A stretch of DNA of 64,000 nucleotides from the human T2T-CHM13v2.0 reference genome, Homo sapiens (GCF_009914755.1 NC_060927.1), one strand, 5' to 3'; counted from the first letter of the stretch, positions 13,685 to 27,520 are shown. Notes: generated from the sequence alone by a model not told the origin. Made by a program: numbers and translations.

Positions 13685-16146
13685 ACATGCTCAGAGGAAG
13701 CTTTTGCTAACCTCTTAATTTTCCTAGAGGAAGAACATGGCTCAAAGAGAAATTTTATCCCAGGGCCATGGAGAAGGGAAGAACCATTGTGTCATGGTCA
13801 GTATCTGTTTTTAAAAGAATATAAATTAGGTATTACTTCATGATCATTCATTCCTAAAATGTGAGTGATTAAAACATTAAGATATACACTTTCCTGCAAA
13901 ATAAGCTCATGCATCTCAGTATAAGTGAACTCTAATACTGTGCTCAACTTATGCACATTAAGGGGTGTTACTTCTTAAAACTATGTCCTCGTGTAGGAAT
14001 GGTGGAGAAGAACACAGTTACTGCTTATGAATGTGTGGTCTGACATGCCTATGCAGTGCTAGGGCCAGAATAAGGCAAGCTACATATATAGTGCCTAGGA
14101 TGTGCCCTTCTGAACAAAAGGGTCATAAACCAGACCTTAATATTTGTACCTTTTTATTTTAGTAATAGTAAAGGGTTAAGGATTTGTTAACACTACCTGT
14201 TATTTTCTTTTACTATTAAGTCTTTGACCCTCCCCTTAAAGGAAAAATGAGAATCTGGCCTACCACTAGGGATTCAGAACTGTAATCCCAGTAATTTGCC
14301 AATCTGCTTGGGTTGCTGACATACTTGCTAATTCCATTGTTCTCTACAACAGTCTTCGTGTCTCCCTCTTCTCAGTATAATCTGTAAAGGCTTCTCAGGA
14401 GCACCCAGAGGTACCACTGGATTATTTAAATCTTCTGTACTTCTCAGATTTTGACCCAGTTGAAATTTGAGAAGACATATATAAAGCAAAGAGCTGTAAA
14501 TTAATTTTAAGTTAAAATCTCCACTCTTCCTCTTTCTAGGGAAGTTGGGCCACTGTCCCAGCTTACGCCATGCAGTTTTGCAGTGCAAAGTGGATTTTGG
14601 CTCTTTCAACTATAGGTGATGCATATATAGCTGCATAACTCTAGATATGGAAAGCCCTCAAAAGAGTAGGCACACTTGAAGTGAATGACTCCTGATTTGG
14701 TTAAGTGTGATGGGGAAACACAGTAAGAAAGCATATAAGAGGAGGCAAAGAAGCTCTGGGCTCCTCAAACCTAGGAAAATGCAGTTTTCTTGATTTGGAA
14801 TAAAGACTTGAACCATCTAAATTGCTGACAATGTGCAGATCTATTTTTAGCATCAAAAATGGTGGTTTCTTTTCTACTCTATTGTTTTTGCTCTCTAGTT
14901 CAATTAAGTGATAACTGCAGCAAAAAAGAACCTTTAGGTACTGGTAATACAGACATAGAAAACAGAAACATAAGCAGACAGTAAGTTTTTGATTAATGAA
15001 AAGATATGAAGATTTAAAAGACCATCCTAGAAATGAGAAAATATATTTTGTAGAGTTTAAAGTAACAAAAACAAAGATTCCGTGAGAAAGTCAGATGAAA
15101 AATCCTAGTACGAAGTGAAAAAATAGCAGGTAAATTTACTGTGAGGATAAAAATAATAATGCCATCTTTCATTGTCAAGGAGAAAGATTGATTCTGGCCC
15201 ACTGGGTGATATGTTATTTTTCTTGTTCTGGGATTTGTGCTGATGCATCCATAATCACAATTTTATTTGTTCCCTTCTCAGATACATGGTGAATCTGTTA
15301 TTTTACAACTAGAAGATGTCTCTGCCCCTCCTCCACCCCAGCAACTAGAAGATAACCAAAACAGGAGAATAGCTCTTGTCCTCAAGGCACTTACCATGTA
15401 GTTGAGGAGAAAGCAAACAATATAGAAAGAGAAAAATGTAGGGAATGAGTTCATAAGATGACCGAGAAAAGAGTGCAAGTACATTATTTGCCTCAACCTT
15501 GTTGGGTTTAGGAGTCAAATCCTAGGGATGAGATTAAAGTAAATTGTATTTTATATTTGAAGGAATTAAATGCAGTGATTACCCTCATTAACACCTCACA
15601 AACATCAGAGGGACAGCAATCACTGAAAAATCATCCATCCTCTGTATTTACAACAGAAAACTTTAGAAAAAAATGGTTTCATGTACCCATGAGCAAATTA
15701 TACATACATACATACTTTGATATAATGGTTTAAGATAAAGGAATTAATTCCCACAGTGAAGAACAGTGACTAAATTTATAAATAATTAAATTCATATATT
15801 TATTGGTGGAAAGTTGGTGTTTAAATAGGCACCAATTAATTATTTTGAAACAAGTATCATCAGGCCAAAATGTTGACTAAACCTGAGATTCTATTTAAAA
15901 AGAAGAGTTTAATTAACTTAATTATTAGAATTCACAAAAGAAACATAAACAGAAATTTCATTATGGATTTACTAATCTTTGTAGATATTGGCATACATGG
16001 GTCTTGATCTATGATCTTACATAGCTTTTGAACACCAGAATGCTCTATAGAGCACCACGCCTATCCTATTACAGTCATCATTACTCTTTCCTATGCTTTT
16101 TAATCCATTTTGATTTCTAAACCCACCTTTTTTCTTCTTTTTCCAG

Positions 16147-16279
16147 ACAGAGGAATCTCCTTATATTAATGGCAGGTATTATAGTAAAATTATCATTTCC
16201 CCTGAAGAGAATGTTACATTAACTTGCACAGCAGAAAACCAACTGGAGAGAACAGTAAACTCCTTGAATGTCTCTGCTA
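16147..16279 (+). CDS. ALCAM: ALCAM exon 12 (Ig C2-3, second half)
   Basis: Long pyrimidine tract then ttccag|, donor |gtgagt; 133 nt; TEESPYINGRYYSKIIISPEENVTLTCTAENQLERTVNSLNVSA. Confidence 0.96.
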
Positions 16280-18163
16280 GTGAGTATTTTATTTCTGGCA
16301 TTACAAAAGTAAGAAAATTTGAAGTTATTCTTCATTAGTTTAAAATCTTCAATTCCATCTTCCTGTACTGCATTATGGTAAGTTTTATTTATTTATTTTG
16401 CATTTGGTATCATCATCATAAGGTTATTTTTTCTTTTTTCCTGTCCATTCTTGTACTATCCTTGTCTTGACAGTTAAATCATTTCATGTTTTATGGGTCA
16501 GAGGCCTTATCCTGTACAGGAATAGTTCCCAAAAGCAACAGAGAATAAAAAATAAGTTTCTCTTATTTAATTCATGTTTTATGTTCAGAGTGGAGATAAT
16601 TCAAAGATCATCTTAAAACATTTTTGTAACAGTTTTAAATTTGGTAAATTTGTAATTCCCTTTGATCTATTATTTTGCCTTCTAATTCTTTGTGGTATTT
16701 ATCCTACCCTTATGTTGTACTAGAATGCCACAAGCTTAAAGTCATTTAGTAAACTAGCAAGAGTGATTTTAGAATTCATGAATCTAGTTTACAAAACTGT
16801 TCCTTTTGTCATATCATATTTAAACTATAGCCGAAAATCAGATAAGTGAAACTATCTCAGAGAATGTGGAAAAATCTGTCGATGTTGAAATCAGGGTAAT
16901 ACATACATACCAACAACAGCTTCTTCAGAAAACAATTGTCATTTAATGTGAAATTGTCCATAATCTTCAATTCTATAGTTGTTCCTATTGTTTTGTCAAC
17001 CTTAAATCAGGACTGGCCTAGAATGAGGCTCAGTTCTGGACAGGATGCTAACTGACCTGCCAAACTTTTATTCTTCATTCAGTTGGAAACCTGTATATGA
17101 CATTAGCAGGCTAGGACTACACTAGCTGGGAATTAGCAAGAGCTAGGAGAAAATAATCATCAAAAAATAATGGTCCCTCACAGATTATGACTGGAATATA
17201 AAGGCCTAATGGATTGACAGGATAAAAGAACCAAACAAATTTAACTCTAAGATAGAAGCATTGACTTCTCAGAATGCAATTCAGTGAGTATTGATTTGTC
17301 CCACCTAGGAAGAGAACCTACCCTTTCTTCCTGAACACAAGTTTCTCTTTTTATGTTAACCCATTGAATGGTATGCTTCAGTTTTCTAGGCCTTGCAGTG
17401 ACTTTATCAACATTTAATATAGTCGTTTTCAAATTCAGTGAGCACCTCCTGAGATGCCAATTTAGCATGTATGAGGAGAGGTCCGGGAATCTGCATTTTA
17501 TCAAATGTCACTGGCAGTTCCGATGCATGCCCATGCACTTTGAAGTTTATTTATAGAGTTTAATATTAGATAATAATTCAACACAGTGGTAATTCTTAAA
17601 ATGGACAAAGAGCATGGCATTATCAGAGTCATTTGGAGAGCTTTGCAAACATCATGTATGTTGCTTCTTAATCTCGGAGGTATCCCCAGTTTTAACCTCT
17701 ACTCCTACTACTTTGAGAACATCTCTAGTGGTAAGTCCTTGACACTGGAGGATGACAATGAATTCTCCTATATCGGGCAGGAAAGTTGAGAAAAGTTGAT
17801 AAACATCACACTGTAGACTTCCTAGGTGCCGACTTGCTTCCCTAAAAAAAGAATGACTATTAAAAGGTGGTGGATAGTGGGAAAATCAATATGGATTTCA
17901 GATTAATTCTATAGGTCATCAGTTATGAAATTTTCTATGGTAGATTAATATCTTTGCAGTTGTAGCTCCTCTCCTTAAAACAAGATTAATTTCTTTGTAG
18001 GCAAGGTCATACTTTATTAAGTGTGATTTTTTTTTTTTTACTGTTAGCTATAGAATAGACATTTTATCTTTGAGTATTATTACATCATACTATAATGGTA
18101 AAGGTGACTTTCATATATCAACAAATTTTGTTTTTAATTTCATATTAACATTTTTCATTTCAG

Positions 18164-18202
18164 TAAGTATTCCAGAACACGATGAGGCAGACGAGATAAG
18201 TG
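18164..18202 (+). CDS. ALCAM: ALCAM exon 13, 39-nt cassette exon encoding the membrane-proximal stalk
   Basis: tttcag| ... |gtaggt; phase 1-1 symmetric; (I)SIPEHDEADEIS; known to be skipped in ALCAM isoform 2. Confidence 0.95.
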
Positions 18203-18487
18203 GTAGGTACTATGCTGCCGACTCTTCTTCCTTGACTATCAGCTCAAGATTTATGAAGTGTCATGGTATAAGTAATTTTCTTAGCTGTCCACAATTTTGA
18301 CTTGAATTAAAATACCAAAGACAAGATAGTAAGAATGCTAAAATTTTACCCTTTAAAAATCACAAGTTTGCATGTTAATTACTGTAGTGAGCTTTAGTCA
18401 TTTTTAATACAAAGTAATAGCTAGATTGACTTTCTGAAAATCCTTGGCATTGTCTGTAATTGCATGGACTTTTCTTCTTTGTTGCAG

Positions 18488-18605
18488 ATGAAAACAGAGA
18501 AAAGGTGAATGACCAGGCAAAACTAATTGTGGGAATCGTTGTTGGTCTCCTCCTTGCTGCCCTTGTTGCTGGTGTCGTCTACTGGCTGTACATGAAGAAG
18601 TCAAA
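18488..18605 (+). CDS. ALCAM: ALCAM exon 14 (transmembrane helix)
   Basis: ttgcag| ... |gtgagt; 118 nt; (D)[38 protein letters not shown]. Confidence 0.97.
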
Positions 18606-20070
18606 GTGAGTTGTGGAAAAAAGATCTTCATCGTTCATTGACTTTCACTGGGAGAAAATACAATGTGCTAATTTTGCTCACTCCAGTCGTGCATATAATT
18701 TATACAATAAGGAAGATGTATCCCCAAATCAGGTTGATTATATATTTTGTTTCAACTAATTTTGACTACACTGCCTTTGTCAGGGACATGGCTTGGGATA
18801 CTGTTTCACATGTGTCCGTTTATTTGTCTCAATCAATAGCCTGAATTCAATTATTTGATTTTTTCAGTGCTTGAGTGAATTTTTTAAAGCGTATACTTCC
18901 TAAAGGTCAACAACCATAGACTTTTTGGTTGAAGTTGGAGAAGATTCATTAAAAGTACCTAGTACATCTTGTAGGGACTGCCAGGTGTCTTTGCAGTGAC
19001 ACATCTGGCCAGCAATGAAACTGCTGCTGAGGTAGGAATATCTTATTGTTATTACTCCCATATTCTAGTTAGTTGACTTTGATCCATATAAGAGTCTATA
19101 TCAGAGAAAAACATGTCATTATGTCAACTTGAGTTTTTAAAAATGGATTAAAGTACCAACACTACATTAAAAATGCTTTAGAGATGTTAAACATTATTAG
19201 TTATATGATATTACAGATAGTATGAACCTTACAAATTATCTAACAGTGGTTTATAAGGAAAATCCGATGAACCAGCGAAGATTCTTAACATACACACATG
19301 TCTTATACTTCTCATCATCTCACTCCCAACCCTAGATTCAGATACCATTGATAGGGGTGGGGTTCCAGCATCTGCACTTTTAAAAAGTTTCACTGGTGAT
19401 TCTGCGGCATGCTGCTAGTTTCAAACATGGGTTTTAAACCACCTTATCTTATAAATGTGTAAATTAAGTTTTGCAATGGGATGTCTATAGCTAGTGGAAC
19501 TTTGGACTTAATTTTATATTATGTCTGATATGTCCCCTTTAAAAAACGTAAGAAAGTTGACTTAAAAGAGAATCAAAAGAAAAATCAGATTTAAATCAGG
19601 ACCCATGATCTCACCTTGTAAAGATGCCAGTTCCAATGAAGCAATATTCAAATGGAGCTGCCATCCAAGGGAGGCAGAAGCTCTGAAATTTTGAAGTCAC
19701 ATAGCAGCATGAGCATGTATTGAGCTCATGTTCTCACAACACATCTATAAAGTACACACCATTATTATTCATATTTTACATTTTAAAAATCTGAGGCAGA
19801 GAATGGTTAAATGACTTGCCTAAGGTTACATAGTTTGTAGGGCACAGAATTGTTATTTGATTTAAGGCAGTGATGTTTTAGAATCTTTGTGTTGAAGGAG
19901 TAGACCATACTTTCTCTCACTTGCTTTATTTTGTGCCACATTAGGCAGAAACATTTCTCCTGTTGTGTGTTGTCACTGATGCACACGATGTCCACTCTCA
20001 CATGATGGCACAACTGCTCCTCATCTTGGCCTTTCTCTCCTTAGTCTTAAGCAGCCCACACCAATACTTG

Positions 20071-20603
20071 GTATACGAGTCAGGATTCTCCAGAGAATCA
20101 AACCAGTAGAGGGTGTGTGTGTGTGTGTACAAAGAAAGTTTTATTATAAGAAATTGACTGACATGATTACGGAGGCTGAGAAGTACCAAAATCTGCAGGC
20201 AGGAAGCTGGAGACACAGTAGAGTTAATGTGTAGTTCCAGGCTATGTCCAAAAGCCTGAGAACCAGGAAGGTGTAAGTTCCAGTCTGAAACCCACATGGG
20301 CTAAAACCCAGGAAGAACTAATGTTTCAGTCCCAGACTGGAAGCAAGAAAAAATGTCCCAGTTCAAGTGGTCAAGTAAGAAGTTCCCTCTTACTAAGCCT
20401 TTTTTGTTCCATTCATATCTTCACTGATTAAATGAGGCCCACCCACATAGAGGAGGGCAATCTGCTTTACTTAGCCTACTGATTCGGTTCAAATATTAAT
20501 CTCACCCAGAGATACCCTCACAGACACAGCCAGAATAATGTTTGACCAAATGTCTGTGTACCACATGACCCAGTCAAGTTGACACATAAAATTAACCACC
20601 ACA
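20071..20603. mobile_element. MLT2-type (ERVL) solo LTR
   Basis: gagtcaggattctccagaga start, internal (TG)n, terminal gtcaagttgacacataaaattaaccaccaca typical of MLT2. Confidence 0.8.
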
Positions 20604-23600
20604 ACTTGGTAACAAATATGTTCTTTTTCTCAATGAACATTTTACCTATAAACACTTCACATGGGTTTGTGTCCATGGCATCTATAGAAAATTCGGAAGA
20701 CCTGTGCTATGTAAGTGAAAGGAAAAGCAAACAGTTGCCCAGAGGCAACATCCATTTTATAGAAGTTCTCCTTCTGTGTGTACAGGTTTCCTGATATTCA
20801 AATCTTATCCTCCCTTTATAATCCATGATAATTTACTCACAAATCCAACAGCTTGCGTTCTAGGGTATTTTCATTTTATTATGACTTCTGAATACTCCAC
20901 AGTAATTTTACTTCTTAAAACAATGAAAATAAAATTTCCCTGTACCTTGAAAATTAGCTGGAAAAAAAAACTATAATTCTTTACATTAGGGTCAAATAAA
21001 TGTTAAATTCTTGGAGCACCCCCAACATCCAGTATCTCATCAGACACCATTTGTCCCTCTATGAATAAAATAAATTTGTGTGTGTGTATGTGTTCTTTCC
21101 TTTGTTTCTTCATGTGGTAACCCCAAATTAAAATGATGGATAAATATATGCTGGACACTGACTTCATGGTGTCTTTAGGTGAGAGCCTCAAGCATTTCCT
21201 TTAAAATATTTCATTAAATTAAGCTCAACTTCTACCACCTGATCTGAACATTCATCTAAATAACTGTTACCTAATCGAAAAGTTCACCAACTCTGACAGA
21301 GTTGATATTATTGGTAATCAAAGTAATAAATTGCAATTCTCATCTGAAGCATCAAGGCTTTTTATTAAGAATTTGTGGAATACTTCAGATTTGCTGAGTG
21401 CTTTGCATTCCTGGTTAGTTATTCCTTGCTTGTGCCTTCTGAAATAAGCAGGCATTTTTGGAATATGAATTAGTCTTCTTAACCCTTCAAGCTGCTCATG
21501 CAGAGTAAGTTCAGATTCATAATAAGATCTTTCAAGTTAAGAATGTCTAACGCCATTTTTGTGATACAGCTAGCAAAGCAGTGAAATTTTAGCAACATTT
21601 AGCTAAGTTCTTTGCATTGATAATTTTAAAAGTCATTGGAGAAAGATAAGAGAAACAATCTTTTATTTCTAGTAAAATTTAAGAGTGCATTTGCTAATAT
21701 ACCTAGTGGCTATTTAGCCAGCATTCACTCCTTATTCCACTAATAGAAGCTAAATATTTTTATTATAATTTTCAAAAATGGAAAACTGGAGCAAGAAAGA
21801 CTTGGCAATTGTGTTCTTTTCCCATTGTGAAATGACATATTCATTTAGGAGTAAGGACTCATGACTTTTTTGCTGCTTTAATCCATATAACTTCCCAATG
21901 GAAGTTTTTTGTTAAAAAAAACTGAAGGTGCTTTGATGACGAGAATAGATGACTCTGATTTTTTTCCATGTATGTAGGGTATTAACTATCAGAGTCAGGA
22001 AAAGGCATTAATTAGTCCACCCTATATCTAGTTGTTTAACAGGTAGAAAAGCATTGAAGAACTAGAGATATTTCAGTGGTTACCTTCTACTATGTTTTCC
22101 ATTTCTCTCATCCCTGTCCTCCAAACATGGTTTTTAGTTCTACAGGAAGTTAAATGTTACTATTTAAGATTCATTCCTATCTTGCATATCTCATAGTACA
22201 AGAACTAATGAAAAATTAAAAGAGCTGAAGTTAAAGGAAAAATGTAAAGGCAGAGTGATGTAGCCACAAACTTCTTCACAAGTATATTAGGACCATAATT
22301 TCAAGGTTGGTTGTATTTAAGAGACTCTGACCTCCATAATTCCTATAACTAAACTGGAAGCAAGTGTTAACCAAACATCTGTAATCTCAAAATAGTCATT
22401 GTGTAAATCTTGGAAACTTACTGAGAGATTTACCTTTTGCAGCTATGGAACTCAAGACTATTTTCATGAAAATTAGTGTGTAATATAGAAATAATCCGAA
22501 AATCTAAAAGTCAGAAATACCCTTTGTTAGTTCTGCCTTATACGATGCTTTATTATTCCAGTACTTTCTTGGAAGAAAACAGAGACAATCCTAAATTGGC
22601 TGAAGGGCTAAAGAGGACTTGCCTACAACACTGAAACCTCAATAAACAATGTTATGTTAACATTGTTAAAATTAACAATGTTAATTAAGCCTTTCTAGAA
22701 TCCTTCCTGTTGGTGTCTCTTAATATATGGAACACGATCTTGCAAAAAAGTTGATTTTAACTGAATTCTATTTCCCAGTCAATACTCAGCTAAAAGCAAA
22801 TATATGTTCTCAGAAGAGGGACTCCTCACTGAATAAATTGAAAAGATAGTGCTGGAGGACCACTTAAAGCACATTTTAAGTGACTTTTCTCATTTATCAC
22901 TGCATGAGAACCTACCGTTTTTCTCTTTTTTTGGTTATTTTTTACTGAAATCCTCAACAATTTAATGAGGTACATACAATTAACCCCATTTTGTAGTATC
23001 TAAGTCTCAGTGGGAGTAACCTGCTCAAGATATCATAAGTAGTATCTTGTTCCAAATTCCATATAGTATTTTCAAATCTATTTTGCTGCCTTACCAGGCC
23101 TTTTTTGGAATTAAAATTTTAGCTCTGACTTTGATTGGCTACTGGCATTTAATTGGTACTATGGAGGAAAGGGTATGATCTTAAGGGCAGGCTGACACAG
23201 CCTCTCTCTCCACTTGTATGAGAAGTCAGACTAATTCAAACGTTGACTTCTCTCTTTTCTCTACCCATGACCTAGCAGGCTGCCAGAAGGAAGAAAAGAA
23301 AATACCTCACTATCTTATCAAACCATAAATAATAGAGGGGACTTGATGGGAAATAAAACAATGTGGAAATGCCAGAGTCTCCATCTAGTCAATCACAGGG
23401 TCACCGGCCACTCAGAGGGCAGCACCATCCATGGCCCTCTCCTCTTCTGCTGCATGTGACCTGAAAGTTTCCACAAGGAAGAAAGGGCTTGCATCAAAAT
23501 ATAATGTGTTCATATTTCAAAATCCCCTCTCTATATATTCGTTTCATTTTTTTAAAAAAGATCACACTTGTTTTAAATATATTTTCCAAAGGCTAAGGAA

Positions 23601-23836
23601 CAAAAAAGTCCCATTCTCTGGCATGAGCCAGGCTGTATGTGTCCCATCATCTACCCTAAAGAAACATTTTGAGCTGTGATGCTGAGTGCATGCAGGTGGC
23701 TTCCTGTTTTCATGCACATTCAGTACAGTTGTGTTTTTTCTGATCCCTCAGCCTTTTACCTAATGGTTGTCATATTCACTATTGACCTAGATGGAAAAGC
23801 CATTTTCTGTTTTCACTGAGGACACACGCATTCCCT

Positions 23837-23916
23837 ATTTCTTTGTAGAGTCTTAGAAATTCTAAAGACATAAAATTTTCATGAGGAATTTCTTTGTAGA
23901 GTCTTAGAAATTCTAA
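23837..23916 (+). repeat. Direct repeat of 29 bp, period 51
   Basis: atttctttgtagagtcttagaaattctaa at 23837-23865 and 23888-23916, identical. Confidence 0.9.
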
Positions 23917-25184
23917 GGTTATAAAATTGTAAGTTGTAGTAATAAGACCAACTATTTATTCTTCTCTATTTCCTTCTTCAATCAAGAAATTGCTCATAAC
24001 TCTCAGTGGGGATTAGTGTCCTGCTGTCCTCCTCTAGTTTTTCATTAAACTTGGCCCAAGGGGAGACTCCTTCTACTGAGCTGTGACCAAAGAAGGGGAA
24101 AAAATAACCATACTCCTGGGCATGACCCTAACTACCTGCACAGGTGTCAATGGCCGGTTTGCTGGAAGTGGTAACTCTACACTGCCAAGATGCCAGTCCT
24201 AAATACCAACAGCTGTGGTACCTTCTGTGGTGTGAGGCAGGGATGCTCACGGAAAACACTCCTCTAACTAGCAAGAAATAAGGATGCCTCACACCCGCTC
24301 TAAGAGAATTTTCAATTTGTTATACAAACTGAAAGCCTGCTTGGAAAACCTAAAATCTCATGTACTCCTTTATGTGTGAAATATTTTAAGTGAGTATTGC
24401 TTTGGTTTTCTAAATATAAAATTCTATTATAGTATTTTATTGGACTTTTCCAAATGATACCAGCCAGATTGTGATTTACTGGCTGCACCTACCACTGTCA
24501 TCCCCTTCACTTGTCCTGCCTCCTCCATCCTCTCACTATGCTATTGTTCAGTTAAAGGCATACTTACGGGATACCCCCAAAGCAGTCCCCTACCCCTTTT
24601 GAGATTTCAAAACAAGTGTAGAATATTGGGAAAATCTCACCAAAAAAGGTCTTAAATCTTCTGAAAAGTTATTTGAAAGTAACTTTAGCCCTTTAAATGC
24701 ACTGCGCTTAAGGGAAATTACACAGAATGAGGAGTTGAGACTTAGATTTAAACTCTCTTCTGCTGCTCTTGGCCATCAAGCTCCCTGACTCACCTTCAAT
24801 TTGGTGAGTCCCTGCATGTAACCTGCCAGCTGCTTTCACATACACTATCACATTTATCCTCACACCAGCTCTACGAGGAAATCCTGTTGTTTCCCCTATT
24901 TATAGATGAACAAGCATGCTTAAGAGGAGGGGTTGTCTAAGATCTTGGAGCTCAGAATTAATACATGAGGATAAAAACCCAGGCTTGCAGACCCCAAGGC
25001 CAAGACCCCTCTCTGCCTTGCAGCTTAGACTAGAGGGTCACCTTTAGCACTTCTTCCCACGGTAACTTACTATGATCCTGTAATTTAAATTTTCTCTCAT
25101 TTAAGGTTATTAAAAAGAGGCACCGATGAGGAAAATTTAAAATAAATAACCATCATAATTTATATTTTATAAATTGTAAAATAA

Positions 25185-25350
25185 ATGTATATATATTATA
25201 TATACATGTATACTTATATAATATATACATATATTACATATATACATGTATACATGTGTACGTATAACATATATATACATATTTATATATACATATACAC
25301 ATATATAATATATACATATATTATATATATACACATATATGTAATATATA
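25185..25350. repeat. (TA)n/(TACA)n low-complexity tract
   Basis: Alternating purine-pyrimidine tatatacatat... run. Confidence 0.9.
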
Positions 25351-25663
25351 TGCTATTATAACAAAATACCATAAACGGGGTGGCTTTAAAAAAAAACAAA
25401 ACAAATTTATTTTCCACAGTTCTGGAGACTGGGAATTTCAAGATCAAGGCACCAGCAGATCTAGTGTCTGGTAAGGACCCACTTTCTAGTTCATAGAGGT
25501 GCCTTCTTGCTGTAACTTCACATGATGGCAGGAGGCAAGAGAGCTCTCCAAAGTCCCTTTTAGGAGGGCACTAATCTCATTCGTAAGGGCTCCACCTTTA
25601 CAATTTAATCATGTGATGGTCATATCATCTATTTCAGGGGGACACAAACATTCAGTATATAGC
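25351..25663. mobile_element. MLT1A-type (MaLR) LTR
   Basis: tgctattataacaaaatacca..., cacagttctggagactggga..tcaagatcaagg, ends gggacacaaacattcag..tagca. Confidence 0.75.
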
Positions 25664-25669
25664 AGTGAC

Positions 25670-27520
25670 TACTACTCCCTTCAAGATAAAGAGCATTACA
25701 TCACCCCCAGAAAGTTCCCTTAGACTTCTTTTTTGTCCAGCCCCATCATCCCTGTCTCCTTAGGAAACCACTGGCTAATTGTTATGACCAGAGATTGTTT
25801 GCCTAATCTTGAACTTCATACAAATAGAATTATAGAAAAGGTACTCTTTTATAATGGGCTTCTTCCCCTTAACATGTTTTTGAGATTTATTCATGTTGTT
25901 ACACCTATGAGTGGCTTCTTTTTTTATATTGCTGATAGTGTTTAATCATTAGAATATGCCATATCTTTAAAATCCATTCTCTTCTTGGACATTTGGATAC
26001 TTTCCAGTTTGGGCTACTGCAAATAGTATGGCTAAAATAAACATTTTTATACAAGTGGTTTTTGCAGACATATGTTTCTATTCTCTTGGGTAAAAACCTA
26101 GGAGTGGAATTGCTTGATCTTCCAGCAGACATTTGTTTATGGGAAATAAACAAATAGTCATCCTGCTTACAACTCCCACCAGTCGCATATGAGAGTTTTA
26201 GTTCCTTCCCATCCTTGCCTAAATCTGGTGTTATTCTGTTGAATTTTAGCCATTCTAGGAGGTGTGAATTAATAACTAGTTTTGGTTTTAACTTATATTT
26301 CCTTGAGATCTAATAATTTTAAGCTCCATAAATGTATAGGCTATCTTATATCTTCCTTTGTGAAGCGACTATTCAAATCTTGTGCCTATGATTTTTATTG
26401 GTATTTGTCTTTCTGTAATTGATTTGTAAGAGTTCTTAACATATTTTGCATTAAAATCCTTTGACATATATAGATATATTTGAACATTTTTTCCCAGTCT
26501 GTAGCCTGGTTTTCCTGTTCTTAATGCTGTCTTTTGATAAGCAGAAATTATTCCTTTTGATGAAGAACAGCTATCAATTTTTCCTATTATGTTCGTGCTT
26601 TTTGTGTCTACTATATGAAATCTTTGCTTATCCAAAAATGGCAAAGGTATTTTCCTATGCTATCTCCTAGAAACTTCTAAACTTTGACATTGAAGGGTAT
26701 GATCTATCTAAAATTTCGTGTCTAGTGTGAGATAAAGGTGGGATTTTGTTTGGTTTTTGGGTTTGCTGTATCTATTTATCAAGCCATTCCAGCACTTGTT
26801 AAAAGGACTTCCTTTCAGCCGTAACACATTTGTCAAAACTTAATTTACCATAATAGTATGAGACTTTCAACTGTAATAATCTTCTGGTTGTTTCAGAGGT
26901 CTTATTTCTTTGCATGTTCATATAAATTTTAGCAACTTGCTAATTTCTGTGCCACAAAAAGTTTTGTGGAATTAGCGTTGCTTTTAATGTACAAATGAAT
27001 TTGGGTAGATTTGACAACTTACTAATATTTGGTCTTCAAATCCATGATCATATATCTCCTCATTTACTTGGCTCTTTTCAATTTTTTTCTGAGTAATATT
27101 TCAAATTTTAAATGTAGACATTTGATATGTCCTTAAAAGTTTATTCCTGTATGTTTATACATTTTGCAGCTATTATAAATACAATTAATTTTGTAATGTT
27201 TCCAATTGTTCCTAGTAGTATGTGAAAGTGTGATTAATTTTTCATGTTGAAATGTATACTGACATCTTACTAAATTACCTTGTTAGTAGTTATATTCGTT
27301 GTTTTGTGGATTCCTATGTAAACAATGATTGCATCTGCAAATGGAGATAATTTTACTCCTTCCCTTCTACTCTATATGCCACATATTTCTTTTGCTTGCT
27401 TTTTTGGCACTCATAGGCACCTCCAATACACGGCTGAATAGAAATGTTCAGAATGGACACCTTTGCGTGTTTCCAGTCTTAGAGGGGAAATTGCTCAATA
27501 GTTACCATTATGTATGATGT
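25670..27520 (-). mobile_element. Old L1M (L1MC/L1ME-like) fragments, antisense
   Basis: Degenerate L1 3' and ORF2-like sequence (ggacatttggatactttccagtttgggct; cctaggagtggaattgct; gcatctgcaaatggagataatttt); decayed L1-like peptides in minus-strand ORFs. Confidence 0.7.

Noticed and set aside
13616-23916. Short direct repeats that might suggest a CRISPR-like array
   Set aside because: Each has only two copies, there is no spacer series or cas gene, and the context is a human intron.
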